From the human T2T-CHM13v2.0 reference genome, Homo sapiens: 64,000 nt of DNA. Both the position numbers and the translations under genes were made by a program. The notes beneath the pieces are model-generated. The model did no database searches, was not told the origin of the DNA, and was given only the letters and a program-made list of their open reading frames with translations. Positions 44,291-58,595 of the stretch are shown in pieces. How positions within the stretch are numbered: the stretch's first letter is position 1; every line of letters starts with the position of its first letter. The DNA is taken from assembly GCF_009914755.1 (NCBI RefSeq), contig NC_060937.1; one strand, 5' to 3'.

Positions 44291-44672
44291 AACTAGAGTA
44301 TTTAAGGTTCCCTGCCCCTGCTTCCCACAGTACAGGACTGTTATGTTAAAGACCTGATGTTCATTTTTTACTTGTGTTTTATGCCTTTAGAACAAAATAG
44401 TAAGTTTTTTCTTTATTTCTGTTACCCATAATGATGCAAAGAAAAAAAAACCCTTGCTTCTGACTTTTCAGAAATCCTGTCTTATTGTTCTCATTTCATG
44501 CCATGCATTGATTTCCTGTTAAATAGTTTTCAAATCTCAAGCCATACTAGATCACTGAGCTTTTAAAGATTATGAAAATCATCTTTCTCTTTTATCTCTT
44601 TTGTAGATGGTTTTTAAAACTGGCATGTGATGTGGCTTTATTTAAAAATACATTCCCATCTACATTATTGTC

Positions 44673-45165
<493 letters not shown>

Positions 45166-45536
45166 AATTATAATAAAATGAGAACCCAAGCACACAACTA
45201 TTTCTTAGTAACCTCATATATAAGCAGGCCTCTTGTTGTCTACTGCCTTGAAGAGCCCATTTAATCTCCTCTCACCCCACCAAGGGCCAAAACATGGCCC
45301 GACACACAGTTGATGCTTGATAAAAGTTGACAGAATTGAATTAAGGGGCGGTGCTGTTGTGTTTTCCTGATAGAGTACACTTATTGCCAAAATAATTATA
45401 GAAATCAAGTTTTATGCCCAAATTAGCTCATTAATTTTAGGCTGGGAGCATAATCACAAGAGAACCGCCTATCTCCCAAATGATCCAACTACAAAGAGAA
45501 CAAAAGTCAAGCTTCATCCAGTAAGCGTCACCTTAC

Positions 45537-45651
45537 CTGGCAGAGGTTTAGCGCATCTCTCTGCTCTGGGAAGAAGCCAATAATTGAAAGCATCTGCTGG
45601 TCAAGACAAGCAGAACATTTAGGCTGAAGAGGGAGTGATATTTTTGCTTAT
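45537..45651 (-). other. Candidate non-coding/UTR exon
   Basis: Acceptor TTCTTTCCTTTTAAAG|, donor CAG|GTAAGG; stops in all three through-frames. Confidence 0.35.
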
Positions 45652-46814
45652 CTTTAAAAGGAAAGAACGAGTTGATAAGAGAGAACAGTGGTTTTGCTCT
45701 GAAACCAGCCTGACAAACTATATTGAACACAGAGGTCCGTACTTATTTTCTTTCAAAAACTTCCTTTCTTCTGCTCCCATTTATACATAAACAACACATA
45801 TCCCTAAACTCCATCCATTGTTTTATCCTCGAAATTCTTAGCCCCAATTGGCCTCACTGGCAGCACATGCTCTCCTGACCACACAGCTGCGTCCAAGGGA
45901 GGTAGGGGCACAACCTTCAATGGTATCTCTGCTATCTCAAAGGAATTTCAGATATCATTAAAACAATGTGTCTGCGCCTCTAAATAAAACAGGCCAGTCA
46001 TGTTTCAGTAAACTGACAGTCTTCTCTAAAGGACCCCGAGGTGTACGAAGTTACTGAGTTTTCCCATCCTACCATCTTCAAAGTGATAAAGAATATGCAA
46101 TTGTTATGCAACTAGCCTTTCCAGCTGACCCTAGGGTGGCATTTGCTGTCTACTCTTAAACTACCTCACAAAAATCATCTTTTTGTAAAGATTCTTTGTT
46201 TCCTCTCTCATACATGCATAAGAGGCCCCGGGGTGGAGGCAGTGTTAGGATGGGGAGGGATGGACCGGGCTCCTGGGAATGGCCTCCATCAGAGGCCTGG
46301 TCTGTGGGCCCCAGTCACCGTGAGGGGTCGGTGGGGAGTGTGGAGCTTCCCAGGATCCTGCCTCTCTCCCTGTTTTCTGCCAAGCAGCAGGAACACACAA
46401 TTCATTAAAGCAAAGCCAAAGGTCATGGACTGAGAAATAGCAAGAAACTTCCAGGGACTTGTTGATTTTGGAAACTTAATGTCCACATTGTGTAACAGTG
46501 TGCATGTTCCCCAGGGGGAAGTAGATTGCTATTTATGTCAGAAAGATGTTTCAGAAGAAGATGTCTCCTCCAAGCAAATAGTATATGTCTAGTTGTTGGC
46601 ATCTACTATCCTCTCTCCTCTTTTATTCAATAAAGTGATCCACCTTATCTGAGCTACACAGACCTCTGATAGGTGCAGGGGAGGATGTTGGAGGGGGTGC
46701 CATTTCGATAGGTTGGCATTTTCTCTGTAATGGCAGGAGGCAATAGAACTATTTGTTTATGTTTCAAACATAAAATAATGAATCAGCACTCGAACAAGTC
46801 TTGAAAGATAAAAC

Positions 46815-47305
46815 GTTCAGTGTTAATTGAATCTCTATATTGTGCCAGATAATATTTAAGTGCTAGGAATACAGTGCTGAATAAGGTCCCTGCCCTCATA
46901 GACAGGTGTTCTAGTAGGAAGAGACAAAACAGACAAGCTAAAACAAATTTTCAAAGAGTGATAAGTGCTATGAAGATGGTTAAACATGGATAGAGACTGA
47001 ATGGCTGTGGAGGGGGCAGATTTCAGCAGATTTAGGGAAGGCCTCTCAGATGAGTTGGCATTAAACCAAAAAGTAAAGGAAGAGAAAGAGCTGCCAAGCC
47101 CTATCAAGAGCATCCCAGGCAGCAGGAGCAAATGCCATGCAGTGATGTGGAGGACAGTTTGGCTGTGTGCCTGGAGCCTGGTCAACTACAGGCACGTGCA
47201 TGAGAAGAGGTCACAGGGCAGAGCAGTAGGGCCAGACCCCACAGGAGCCTGGGGATGGTGGGAGGAGTTCCTATGTCACTCTAACTGTAAAGGGAAACAC
47301 TGAGA
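46815..47305 (-). mobile_element. L2a fragment
   Basis: GTCCCTGCCCTCATAGA; AGGGAAGGCCTCTCAGATGAG; AGCATCCCAGGCAGCAGGAGCAAATGC. Confidence 0.85.
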
Positions 47306-49069
47306 CTGCAATCAAATAAATCTCCTTTGCCGCCTCACTGTCGGAGCCCTGCTTACCACATCTGAAGGATCCATATCTTCCAGAGCTCTGCAGATTTTGA
47401 CAGCAGAGATATGCTCCTCACACCCCCAGCTTCTGCTTTTTCATTATTTGTGACTATCAAAACAGAATTTTGATGACAAATTATTTATAAATAAACCAAT
47501 CATTAAAATATGTAAGATCTCTCACCTATCACCATACATCTCACTTAACCATTCTCATGCATCCCAATGACTTGAACAAAAAGAAACAGAACCAGAAAAT
47601 AGTCAAAACAGTACAATTTAATCTAAATTATCCTTCTCACAACATCACTGAGATTGACTTGCCAAGTCCTGTTCATTGTCAGATTGGATTCTCTGGAAGT
47701 GAGTGCCTTCTGCAAAGTATCTCAGACATGGATAACGCAGGCAGGACTAAACTGCTTTTCTTCCCATTTGAGTTGCCAATACCTCCCTCTGGGCCAATCG
47801 AGGATTATTGTTTCAACAATACATGCAAGCTAATTGTTTGTTAAGCCGGCCCAGCCAACCATAAAATCACAGGAGAGTCAGGCCTGGCCCATCCTCTTGC
47901 CTCTGAACTGGATCACAGTTAATATCTCTGAGAGTTCCACCCCAGGTTCACAGACCAACTGGGGAAGATGGCTCTTGAGCAAACTCTGAATTTTGTTTCC
48001 ATGAAGAAAGGTTTCTCCAACATAATCAACTACAATCACAATTTTTGAAACATTCACATTCTTAAGTCTGTATCTGCTTTGGTTTCCTTAAATAAAAACA
48101 AGCCAGAGATAAAAGTATGGAAATAAAATAGTTTCAAACAGAGAGCCCTGTGGAAGAATGCACTAACTTAATATGTACTTCCAGATAAATGACAAGATAC
48201 ATGTATAAGAGAAGCAAACTTCTACAAACATTCATTAACAATGTGTGAAGATAAAAGTTATCTTTGATAGAAAAAGGTAACTGATAAAGACATCAAAGAG
48301 AAAGATCTGAAAGTGAACTTTCTACATACTCACCAGATAAAACATATAAAGGGGCAATTTTGGTTTGTTTTATTGTTGTAGGTCTAAAGGAATACTTTCA
48401 TTTTCAGTAGTTTGTCAGCAAACAGCACAGGAAACTTTACTATTTGAAATGAGTAGTCTGAGTTAACAATAGTGACCAGATATTATAAAACCGTGTTCTG
48501 CCTAAATATATCCACAAATCTTCAGATGGCCTACAAACCCAATATTGAGGCTAAAAAAGACATGACCTCTTGAGAGGCTCTTCTAGAAAGTGGGACTCTC
48601 TGGTACTAGGGATATAGCACTGTGAACCCCAAAAGGGAGACAGCTCTGACCCCCAGTGCAATCAGGAAAGACAGATGCAAGCCCTAACTTAGTTTACAGG
48701 TTTGATGTCCCCACTGCTGTGGGCATTCCTGTCCAGAAACCCAAGTCCTCCCCAAGAGAGTGGCTAGAGAGTATATGCAAACACAATAAACCTTTCACAG
48801 AAAAACAATGACTTTCTATGACTAGAATTTGGCCAAAGGCTCTTCTTTTGAGTGTTAGTGATATAAAATTCTGCTCTAAAATAATAGTTTTAGAACTAAG
48901 CTTAAATTCCTGATTATTTGAACACATTAGAAAAAGAAAAGGAGTTTCTATTTCAGAAGGCATAGTTATTTGGAAACTGCCACAGTTTCTTTTTAAGTCA
49001 AAAATAACAAAATTTCATAAAAGCAAAACAACTAACATCCCTCTCCCTGACCCTCCAAAGAAACCTTTC

Positions 49070-49575
49070 TTAGAAGTATTCTAGTTCCACACAATAGAAA
49101 CCAAATTCAATGTGGCTGAAGTAAAAACAGGGATGTACTGGCACACTTAATGGAAAGTTCAAGGGATAAAGCATTCAGGTATGGGTAGAACTAGGTGCTT
49201 AAACTATGAGGACCTTTCTCCATCTCTTAATTCTGCTGCCCTCTGCATTGGCTTCATTTTTAAGTAGGTTATCTTTAACTGGAGGCAAAATGACTATCAG
49301 GACTTCCAGATTTACGTTACATCATGCAGCAACCTCAGTTTTATAAAACACAACGAAACTTCTTCTGGGAGTTCAACAAATGTCTCAGGATTGGGTCTCC
49401 TTAATCTGGCTGGGTCCACATGCCATCCCTGTGGTCTGCTATTCCTGTGGTCTGAATGGCCAGCCCTGGTGGCCTATTCCTACAGATGTACCACTTGGAT
49501 TCCATAAGCTAAGACGGGACGACCCAAGGTGCGGCTGGCAGGAAAGGAATACAGGCTGACAGATATCACTAATGG
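49070..49575 (-). mobile_element. Old MaLR LTR (MLT1J/K-like)
   Basis: TTCAGGTATGGGTAGAACTAGGTGCTTAAAC; TTGGCTTCATT; GGCAAAATGAC; CACATGCCATCCCTG. Confidence 0.7.
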
Positions 49576-50680
49576 AATGTCCATGTCTCTCCCTCCACTT
49601 ACCTGTTTCCTCCTCTTTCAATCAAAAGCCTATCAAAACTGGGTTCAGATATTACCTTCTGCAAAAGCGCTTCCCAAATTCCATGGAATTGTTTACTTGA
49701 AAATGGTTAATTTAAAAAAAACAACCAAAAAAAACCCTCTTCCTAGAGTCTCTCCTTTTGGTGTAAAGCCCTTTCTGATCCTCCCACAAACTCTGTTTCC
49801 CTCTAACACTGAATTTATTACACTTTTTGAAACTTTCTGTCCATATGTTTGTCTTAAGCATAATTTCCCAAAAGACATTTTATCCTTGCCATGTAGGAAA
49901 GTCTTTGGCACAAAATAGTAAAAATTTATGGAATTAGACTGTTGTTGTTGACAGAGACAGTTCTTCTCTCTCAGAGTGTATCAATCAGTCCACTGTAATA
50001 TCAGTCACATTGAATTTATTCTGAAATATCAATGAAACAGTCTCTAGCAAAACTCCCACCTTTAATGTCTCTATCTTGTAAACAGAAATCTGAAAACTCA
50101 GCAACTGAGAAATGCATTTTTACCTAGTCAATAGAATTCAAACTCAGACAAGAATAGCAAAATAACAACTGCTAAAAGTACTTTAAAATAACTCATTAGG
50201 AAGCACAAGTCCCTCTATTCAACAAAAAAACGAGTAAAATAACTAATTCATCTCTAACTTCATTTATATTTTCAGTTCATCTTCTGACTTCACAAGAATG
50301 GAAGTTTTGTATTCTACTATGATCAATACCTCATGTAAAAATAGTTACGGCACAAAAATGCATGACTTTTCAGATGATGTTATTTTTAACATTGCTGAAA
50401 TTTACCATTACTTAAAATATACTAACTGCATCAGTAGATTCTAGAGGATACTCCTCTGTATCTTGCAAATGTATATATGCTCTGAGCCTAATGCTCTTAT
50501 GGCTCCTCCTCAGTGTCCAATGAAAATGAGGTAGATCCTAAAAGAACCCAGTTCCAACATGTCTGGTTTCAGAATTATCCACTTCAAGTTGAACTCCTGT
50601 GATCAAGGCCTTAAAAGCTGTACTGAATTCCACATTCAGGTCCCACTGGTTCAGGAGACACTAGTATCAAGGCTCTAAGA

Positions 50681-51017
50681 CAGCGGCTGCCAATCTTTTT
50701 GGCACCAGGGACCAGTTTTGTGGATGACAATTTTTCCACAGATGGCAGCAGGGGGATGGTTTTGGGATGAAACTGTTCTACCTCAGATCATAAGGCATCA
50801 GAATCTCATAAGGAGTGTGCAACCTAGATCCCTCACAAGCACACTTCACAATAGGGCTCTCGCTTCTATGAGAATCTAATGCCTTCGGTGATCTGATAGG
50901 AGGTGGAGCTCAGGCGATAATGCTCACTCGCCTGCCTCTCACCTCCTGCTGTGCAGCCTTGTTCCTAACAGGCCACAAACTGGTATTGGTTTATGACCTG
51001 GGTGTTGGGGACCCCTG
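50681..51017 (+). mobile_element. MER1B (hAT-Charlie MITE)
   Basis: CTTTTTGGCACCAGGGACCAGTTT; GAAACTGTTCTACCTCAGATCAT; ends GTTGGGGACCCCTG; 8-bp flanks CTCTAAGA / CTCTAGGG. Confidence 0.93.
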
Positions 51018-52049
51018 CTCTAGGGTGCAGGAAAAGGTGAACTAATATTAATAAAGGGAAGGTAAACTAATATGAGCTGTGTGAGGCATGGTGCTGGGTA
51101 TCCTACACACAGTTGGAGCCCCACAATATGCTATTGCTCATTCAACACGGTGTCTTCCTCCAGTGTCCATCAGCAGTTGGGTGTCATACTGGAGGGACAA
51201 TGGGCTGTGAGGACTTCCCAAGAGATGGTATAAGTAGGGAGAGAACCACATTTGCTGTTCTTTATGAGAAATTAGGCACATGTCAAGAATAGTTTTGCCT
51301 ACACATCTTTCTCATCTTCTACTTGACTGCAGATAAGGTATATCCAATCCTTGCTTGAGATAAGATGTGACTGCACTGCTCAGTGCCTCAGCTATCACAA
51401 AAACTCTGAGAGGGTTAAATTATTACTGGCCCAATTTATAGGTGAGAAAACAGTGCCTCAAAGAGGTTAAGTAATTTTCCCATGATAATGTGCTCAAAAA
51501 CTACAAAAACTCTCCTCCTTACAAAGTTTCTAAGACTTATCTTCAGGGTATGTGGACATAGCAAAGAAGTTGTACTTTGTATTGAGTTAAAGAATCAATC
51601 ATCTCTAGCCAATGAGCCTTTTGTGACATTACGATAGCAATTTAGATCAGCAGTTTACGTTATTAAGGAAAGGAGTTCGTATTACAAAACATGCTGCTTC
51701 TTAACTGTTTAAGAGTTTAGACCATAAGTAACCCATATTTAGAGAGCAAAACCCTGGTGTCATTGTGCTTTTTCCCAGTAACATCTTTCAAATATTATCA
51801 TATCCAAGAGACAAGTATTTTTTTTAAGTAATTTTGCATAACTCTTAAAAAGATACACAATCCTAAACTTAACTTCACTGGGATTTTTAAAATAAAATAA
51901 AAATTACAGATGCTGTTTCAAGATATGCTTTCTCAAATACTTTTCCAAGTATAGCATACCTAACACAGAACATAGTTTACATTTGTCCATGGTGAGGCTT
52001 CAAAATGGAGCAATTAGATCAAGTTCAGGGGATAATTTATTTTCTAAAA

Positions 52050-52184
52050 ATTATGTGGCCTTTCTTTTTAATTCTATTTATGTGATGTATCACATCTATT
52101 GACTTGTATATGTTAAATGATCCCTGCATCCCTGGGATGAAACCAATTTGATCACGATGTATTATCTTTTTGAGGTGCTGTTGA
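52050..52184 (-). mobile_element. Short L1PB/L1MA ORF2 fragment
   Basis: GTATCACATCTATTGACTTGTATATGTTAAA..CCCTGCATCCCTGGGATGAAACC. Confidence 0.8.
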
Positions 52185-54238
52185 CTCAAAAGTTGTTGGA
52201 AGAAAAAATAATAATAAAGAGAGAAAAAAATGAAAATTATGCAGAATATTTCTGCTTCAGGAAACTACTGACCCATTTTTTATCTTTTAAGATAAAAACA
52301 TTTTTATACACCAAAAACTTTTATCTTAAAAGGTACATTATAATTTAGTCAAATCTGATAGTCATGGGCTTCATAAGCTGCAACAACTGATTATTACATT
52401 TGATAATACGATGACTGAAAAGCAAAAGAACATTTGGTATCTTAATATCAATTTAAATTTCACCCGATCATGATGGCAAAATTGCCCACAAAGCTGTTCT
52501 AGCTGTTCCTTACACCTTTCCTCTTCTACAGCACACTCAGCCAGTGCAGGAGAGGATGGGCCCAGCACAATTGTGTCCACACACCACCTCAGACAAGATG
52601 AGGTTATTTTGACTTAAAGGGTATGTGGTAAGCTTAATGAAATGATTTAAATAATCTTTACGCAGGCCTTAATTTTTTTCCATTTGCTTCTTTAGTTTAG
52701 AAAACACTGGTTTTATGAGGAGCTGGGTTTCGTTCTCAGCTTCTCTGTATTTTAATGTCCTGCTGGCCTGACCTGGTCTCTACCTGATACCCTGATGTCT
52801 GAGTCATCTCCAACCTCTCCAGGAAGAAGCAGGGACCTTTCGCCCTGTCACTCTGAGAGGTTTCTGATCTCTTACCAACCCTCTTTGAGAGCCCTGACTT
52901 AAGAAAAAAAATGCTTGAAAATAAAACACCGAAGTATTCATTGACAGTTTCAACTTCATTGTGGGAGACATTCTCTGATGTCATGAAAGGAGCATGCCAG
53001 GGAGGCCACCCATCAATTGATTTTTGAAATTCCTAGAAGCCATAGAAAAGGGCTCACCTCTGCTCTAGGAGATAAACAGTACTTCATAAGATATTTATTA
53101 ACCTAGAGGCTCTTAACTAAAAAAAAAAAAAAAAAGAAAACAATGCAGCCTTTTAGTATATTCCTAGAACCCTCCTCATTCCCCTTTCATTCCTTAGCTT
53201 ATTCCCTCCCTTCTTCTTTCTCATTTACACAGAATCTTAGGGTCAGAAGAAACCTTGCTGGTTAAATAATTTAGCTCTTCTGGCTATACATTCTCCTCCC
53301 TTTTTATTTCTCTGCATCTCCATGTCCCAGCTTGCTTCTCCTCTCCTCTCTGCAACTGTTCTTCCCCCTCTCATTTGTTCTGAAATTGCTGCTGCCTACA
53401 TGGTAGGCACTCTTGGGTATACACAGTAGGACCAAAATAAGCCTGACATGAATGGTTTTGCCTGGGTCATTAACTGAGGTCCAGGACTGACTACCCAAAA
53501 AGAACTACCTAACCTTGTAGTCCTCTGCCTGTCTTAATACATGAAGGTAAGACTAGGCAATCAGTTATTTGTTGAGCTAATGAATGAACAAATGATTGCT
53601 TATCCAAGCAAATAGCATATCATTTTCTGTTAAAGTGAAAATACAGCCCTAGGAGAATTAGGGAGGAGCTTCACTGGTCACAGATATCTTATTACCAATT
53701 AATTTAAGGATATTGCTCCTTCCTAATAGAAGTAGTCATGATAAAAAATGGGAGTTTGTAATAATATTGAAGAGGAAGAGGAGGTAATTTTGGAACCTGG
53801 GATATTCTGTATGGGGAAATATGGGGAGTGGAGATGGGGGTTGGGAAATCTGAGCAGTCAGAGGCAACCTAGAGACACCACCGGTACCTAAAGACAGGTG
53901 TTAGGAGGCACCAGAAGTTGGGAATGGCACACAAAAACAAAATACAGCAGCAAAATTCAACATGAATACTATTATTTAATGTAGGTTTAGGTAGCTATTG
54001 TCATAACACCAATTCATATGTGCTGAATTGGGAAATCTTGCATTGAGCAGTCAATAAATAATAACTAAAGTTAATAGTGAATGTAGGACCATCACCATTT
54101 TGCTACTTTACTTCTCAAAACAAAACAAACGAGAAAAAAAATGCTATCCCATAAGACAGACTGGGCTTGACACTTGGTTGCTCTGACAACGAAGGCCCAA
54201 AGAAAAAGTTCCTGTTTTACTGGTGTCAAAGTACTCAC

Positions 54239-54345
54239 CGCTTCTTTAAAACTGGCTCACTTAAATATATCTGCCTTATCCCTTTTTGATGTCATTTGTA
54301 CGATTCACTTTTGCTTTGGTTTCTGGTTTTGCAAATTGTTAGTTC
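54239..54345 (-). other. Candidate non-coding exon
   Basis: Acceptor TTCCTTTAATCCCTCTACTTGTCATTATCTGCAG|G, donor GCG|GTGAGT; all frames closed. Confidence 0.25.
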
Positions 54346-54508
54346 CTGCAGATAATGACAAGTAGAGGGATTAAAGGAAGTGCAGGATAATGAACAAACA
54401 AAAAGCATGATATAAATCAGGCACACAGTGATGTTTACTTAAGGCTGATATGTTGGAGAACTGACTGTTGTTGTTCTCCATTCTAGTCCTAGAGTATTGT
54501 GAGAATAA

Positions 54509-54820
<312 letters not shown>

Positions 54821-55350
54821 GAGAAATCACAAAGTATCTTTCTAAGTGCACTAATGCTACTTGGGGAAAACATAAATAATTACAGGTGGATCCTAGATAA
54901 GGAGACATTCCTTGTTACTTCCAAAAAAATTCCATAATCTTTGGAGATTCCAAAGAGATTTTCCATCCCTCCCGAATCATATGGAATGCGAAAGGCAGGT
55001 ATACATGAGAATCCATGTACACATTGAATCAGAAGGAAAGACTATGGCAAAAATAGGGAGCCACATTAGGCACTTAACAGCAGTCTGGGCTAAAATCCTA
55101 TTTCTGCCTACAGTTACCTTGAAAGGAATCCTTTGCTGCCCTTTATGTAAATGCAAGTGATTTAAAAACATAGTTAGATCTGTATAGTGCTATACAATTT
55201 ACAAAGTACTTGGGCATTCATTATCTCCTTTGATTTTTGTAATTGTTTTGTATCTCCAGTTCCAAAATGAGAAAAGTGGTACCCAGAAGACTTGTGTAGC
55301 CAGTACAAAAACATGCAGTAACTGGTTTCAAAGCTAGGACTCCAATCAGG

Positions 55351-55651
55351 TTTTGTTTTTATTTTTGAGACAGGGTCTCACTCTGTCACCCAGGCTAGAG
55401 TGCAGTGGCACCATCTTGGTTCACTGCAGCCTTGACCTCCTGGGCACAAGCGATCCTCCCACCTCTGCCTTCTGAGTAGCTGGGACCACAGGTGCACACC
55501 ACCACACTCAGCTAATTTTTGTATTGTTTGTAGAGACGGAGTTTCACCATGTTGCTCAGGAGTCTGGTCTCAAACTCCTGGGCTCAAGCAATCCATCTGC
55601 TTCAGCCTCTCAAAGTGCTGGGATTAAAAGTGTGAGCCACGGTGCCTGGCC
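55351..55651 (-). mobile_element. AluJb inserted in a minus-strand MIR (~55175-55345)
   Basis: CAGCCTTGACCTCCTGGGCACAAGCGATCC; TSD AATCAGGTTTT / AACCAGGTTTT. Confidence 0.94.
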
Positions 55652-56738
55652 CTAACCAGGTTTTTTGACCCCTAGCCCAATATTCTCTTAAACTCTTAAG
55701 CAATGTTTTCTTATTTTCAAAACTGAACTAATTATATCTTGGATGAGAATACTTTAAAGACATTCTAAAAATACAAAGTAGCTTTAAAAATAACAAAGTG
55801 ATTCTTGCATTCTTATCCTGTCTATCTAAGAGCTCAAGTGTCAAATGATATCTTCCTTTCTATTGGTATCCCAAAATAGTAAATTATAAAAAAAAATTGG
55901 GAACAACTTGCAAACCCGCTAATATCCCAAAGCTTTCATGAGTAAAAAGATGTTAGGATTAAGGAGAAGCTACAGAGGAAAAGTGCTATCAGAAAACATC
56001 ACCTTAGCTGTGTCTTAACAATCACACAAAGACAACTAGCATCAGCCGTATATGTGTCCTCAACCATCTGTGTTCTCAACCCTTGCTTTTTTGCCTTGTA
56101 GCAAACTTTGCTAATTTCACAGTACTGTACGATACTTCTTGGTATTATGTGAAGTACTCTATTTAGACATGTTGACTTCACTAATTAGTCTATAAATACT
56201 TGACTTTTAGCCACTGCTTTGGTAAGTGAGATAATTGCTGAGGAAAGGCCAAAGCATTTACGGTCAATCAGATGAGGAAAAGGGGAATATGGTCTTTGAG
56301 CTGAGTAAAATGTAAAACATTATGTGGCAAGGCAGAAGCTATTAGCAGGATCAATATCTCTCCTAGTACCTTAATAAATCATCACATCAAAGCCCCGACA
56401 GAGGATGGAGAAAACCTCAGTCTACCTACATGGAAGCTTCCAAATTGGAAAATAAAATTCCATTTAAATTACAAAGACCCAATTCATGTACAATGGAAAT
56501 GGCAAGCTACAAAACTAGTCTCCAAATCCTGGATGTGCTAAGAGTTTAGAATCATTAGTGAAGGGAGAAAAGCAGAAAGACAAAGAACACTGCTACTCTC
56601 TGGGTTGCACATTCATAATTCGCAAGTTGTAAATATGTATGAATCTGCCCACTGCAGCTAGGGATGACATACTGCTTTTTAGAGATAGCACAGAGCAGAG
56701 AAATCAAAGTAGAGGAAGGTTTGGCCATTATAACTTAC

Positions 56739-56814
56739 CTCCTCCCACATTTAACAGTTCTCAATCTTCTCAAATCTCCCCTTACTTAAATTGCTGTCTT
56801 TTGGGGATGGCTTC
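56739..56814 (-). other. Candidate non-coding exon
   Basis: Acceptor GTTCTTTTCATTTTAG|G, donor GAG|GTAAGT, purine-rich body; all frames closed. Confidence 0.35.
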
Positions 56815-57379
56815 CTAAAATGAAAAGAACTTCGATACCAATGAATGTTCAATGTATAGCAAAAAGCATCCCATGGTGAGCTCTCACTGTAACATGGGAC
56901 GTAAATAATTGTATTTTTTCTAAATCTTTAATCGCTCCCATTCTCTTTGATGCTTCCAGGAAAACAAGCAAGCAACTAAAAGAAGTTACTAGGCTAACTT
57001 GCCCAGTTTTTTTTTTTTAACTCTAGAACTAATTATTTCTCTTTTCTAATATGTAGTAAAAGACAAAAGAAACATTTTGCAGAGATTCATATTATAGAAC
57101 ATTAGGCTTTCCCTTAAGGATACGTATTTCCTCACTTATAGAGATGATAGTGAATACTGACACTATTTTGACTCCACCACAGCTTTTGCTTTGCAGTCAT
57201 ACTGTTTAATTAAAAATAGGTTTTTTTCTTATAAGCTCAAATTACTCTACTGTAGATCTCTCAAACTTCGTAGTAAGTTGAAGCTGAGAACTAAGAGGTC
57301 ACATCAGGAAATTTATTTAGATAGGTCATAACTGGCAAATCAGCAACAAAAGAAAGCAGGGCTTCTCAACATCTTGAAA

Positions 57380-57965
57380 CATTCATTCATGATTAATTAT
57401 TTCTTTCATTCCACAATTATCTATTAGACACTTGAGTATCATGCTTGGGCTTGATGATAATTATATCAAAGAAAGTTCCCAGAAGGTTCTATTCTCAAAA
57501 AAAAAAAAAAAGTCTGACCATCTAAGTGGGTACATAAGTCACCCAATACTTAAAATGTTAGCTAACATTAGAAGATGTAAATTATATAAAAGCTGATTGT
57601 CACAAGTGCCATATATGGCTACGTGCCAAAGAAGGGCTACAGTAAACTTTTATAAAGAAACCTCTATTGGCAGGGATTACCAGGGAAGGGACTAGGGGAG
57701 AGGGTAAAAGACCTGAGCTACATAGAATTTGAATAAGTGAAAAAGAAAAGGACACATGCTTCAATCAGTAGGAAAAGCCTGGGCAAGCCAGTGCAGGCAC
57801 ACAGTGCAGTGCGAAGCAGGAGAGAGTTCACAGTGCAGATCAGTGGTAGGTCAGGACATTAGAGTCCCACCCCAACACGCAGGAAAGACAGTGGCTGGAC
57901 TGCATATCTTAAGGTAGGAAAGTTTTTACTTCAGATGGGAGAAAAATAGAGAGTCAGGAGAATTC
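57380..57965 (-). mobile_element. L2 fragment
   Basis: CATTCATTCAT...CTATTAGACACTT; GACCTGAGCT; AAGGTAGGAAAGTTT...ATAGAGAGTCA. Confidence 0.55.
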
Positions 57966-58434
57966 TGATACCATGTCCAAGTCCAAGACCATTTGGGGAG
58001 TCAAAACTGTACAGAAAGAAATATCTTCTCTAGAAGCAGCAGATTTCATGTATGGCCAGAAGGTGGTAGGGGTTTCCATAAAGCGGTCTGAGGCTATCAG
58101 GAAGCCTGTTTCTTATAGAAAAGGGGTTTCAGAAGACCCAGGGACAAGACACAATTTCAGGAAAGGGGCACTGGGAGGATGGTTCTTTTAGCAGAAACCT
58201 CCTCACAGGAACAGGGATGAGTGCCTAAGGGAGGAGCTCCTGCCTGGGAGAGGCAAGAAAGGCAGAAATGAGAAGCAGGGTGGCTCTGACTTATCTTCCT
58301 GGTCTAAATGGAACCTAGTGTCTTGCTGGTTCAGGAGCCTCATTCTGGCCTAGAAATAGCACCCCACTTCCACCTCACCAGCCAGGTTCCAACCGTATAA
58401 GTAGTTGAGCTGAAAACAGGAGATTCATTTTGTG

Positions 58435-58595
58435 TGGTGCATACCCATAGTTCCAGCTACTCAGGAGGCTGAGGCAGGAGGATCATTTGAGCCCAGGCAT
58501 TCGAGGTTGCAGTGAGCTATGATCATGCCACTGCCCTTCAGACTGGGTGACACAGTGAGATCTTGTCTCTAACAGAAGTTTTAAATTTTTAAAAA
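58435..58595 (+). mobile_element. Alu right-arm monomer (FRAM or 5'-truncated AluJ)
   Basis: CCAGCTACTCAGGAGGCTGAGGCAGGAGGATCATTTGAGCCCAGG..GAGCTATGATC; TSD ATTCATTTTGTG (58423-58434 / 58596-58607). Confidence 0.92.

Noticed and set aside
47557-47844. 95-aa ORF in unique DNA (also 129 aa at 49529-49918)
   Set aside because: No recognisable domain, promoter or splice context; lengths are compatible with chance in 64 kb.
56821-56900. TGAAAAGAACTT (rRNA-like 12-mer) and a small hairpin TCCCATG..CATGGGA
   Set aside because: Match too short for an rRNA fragment; hairpin within chance expectation.
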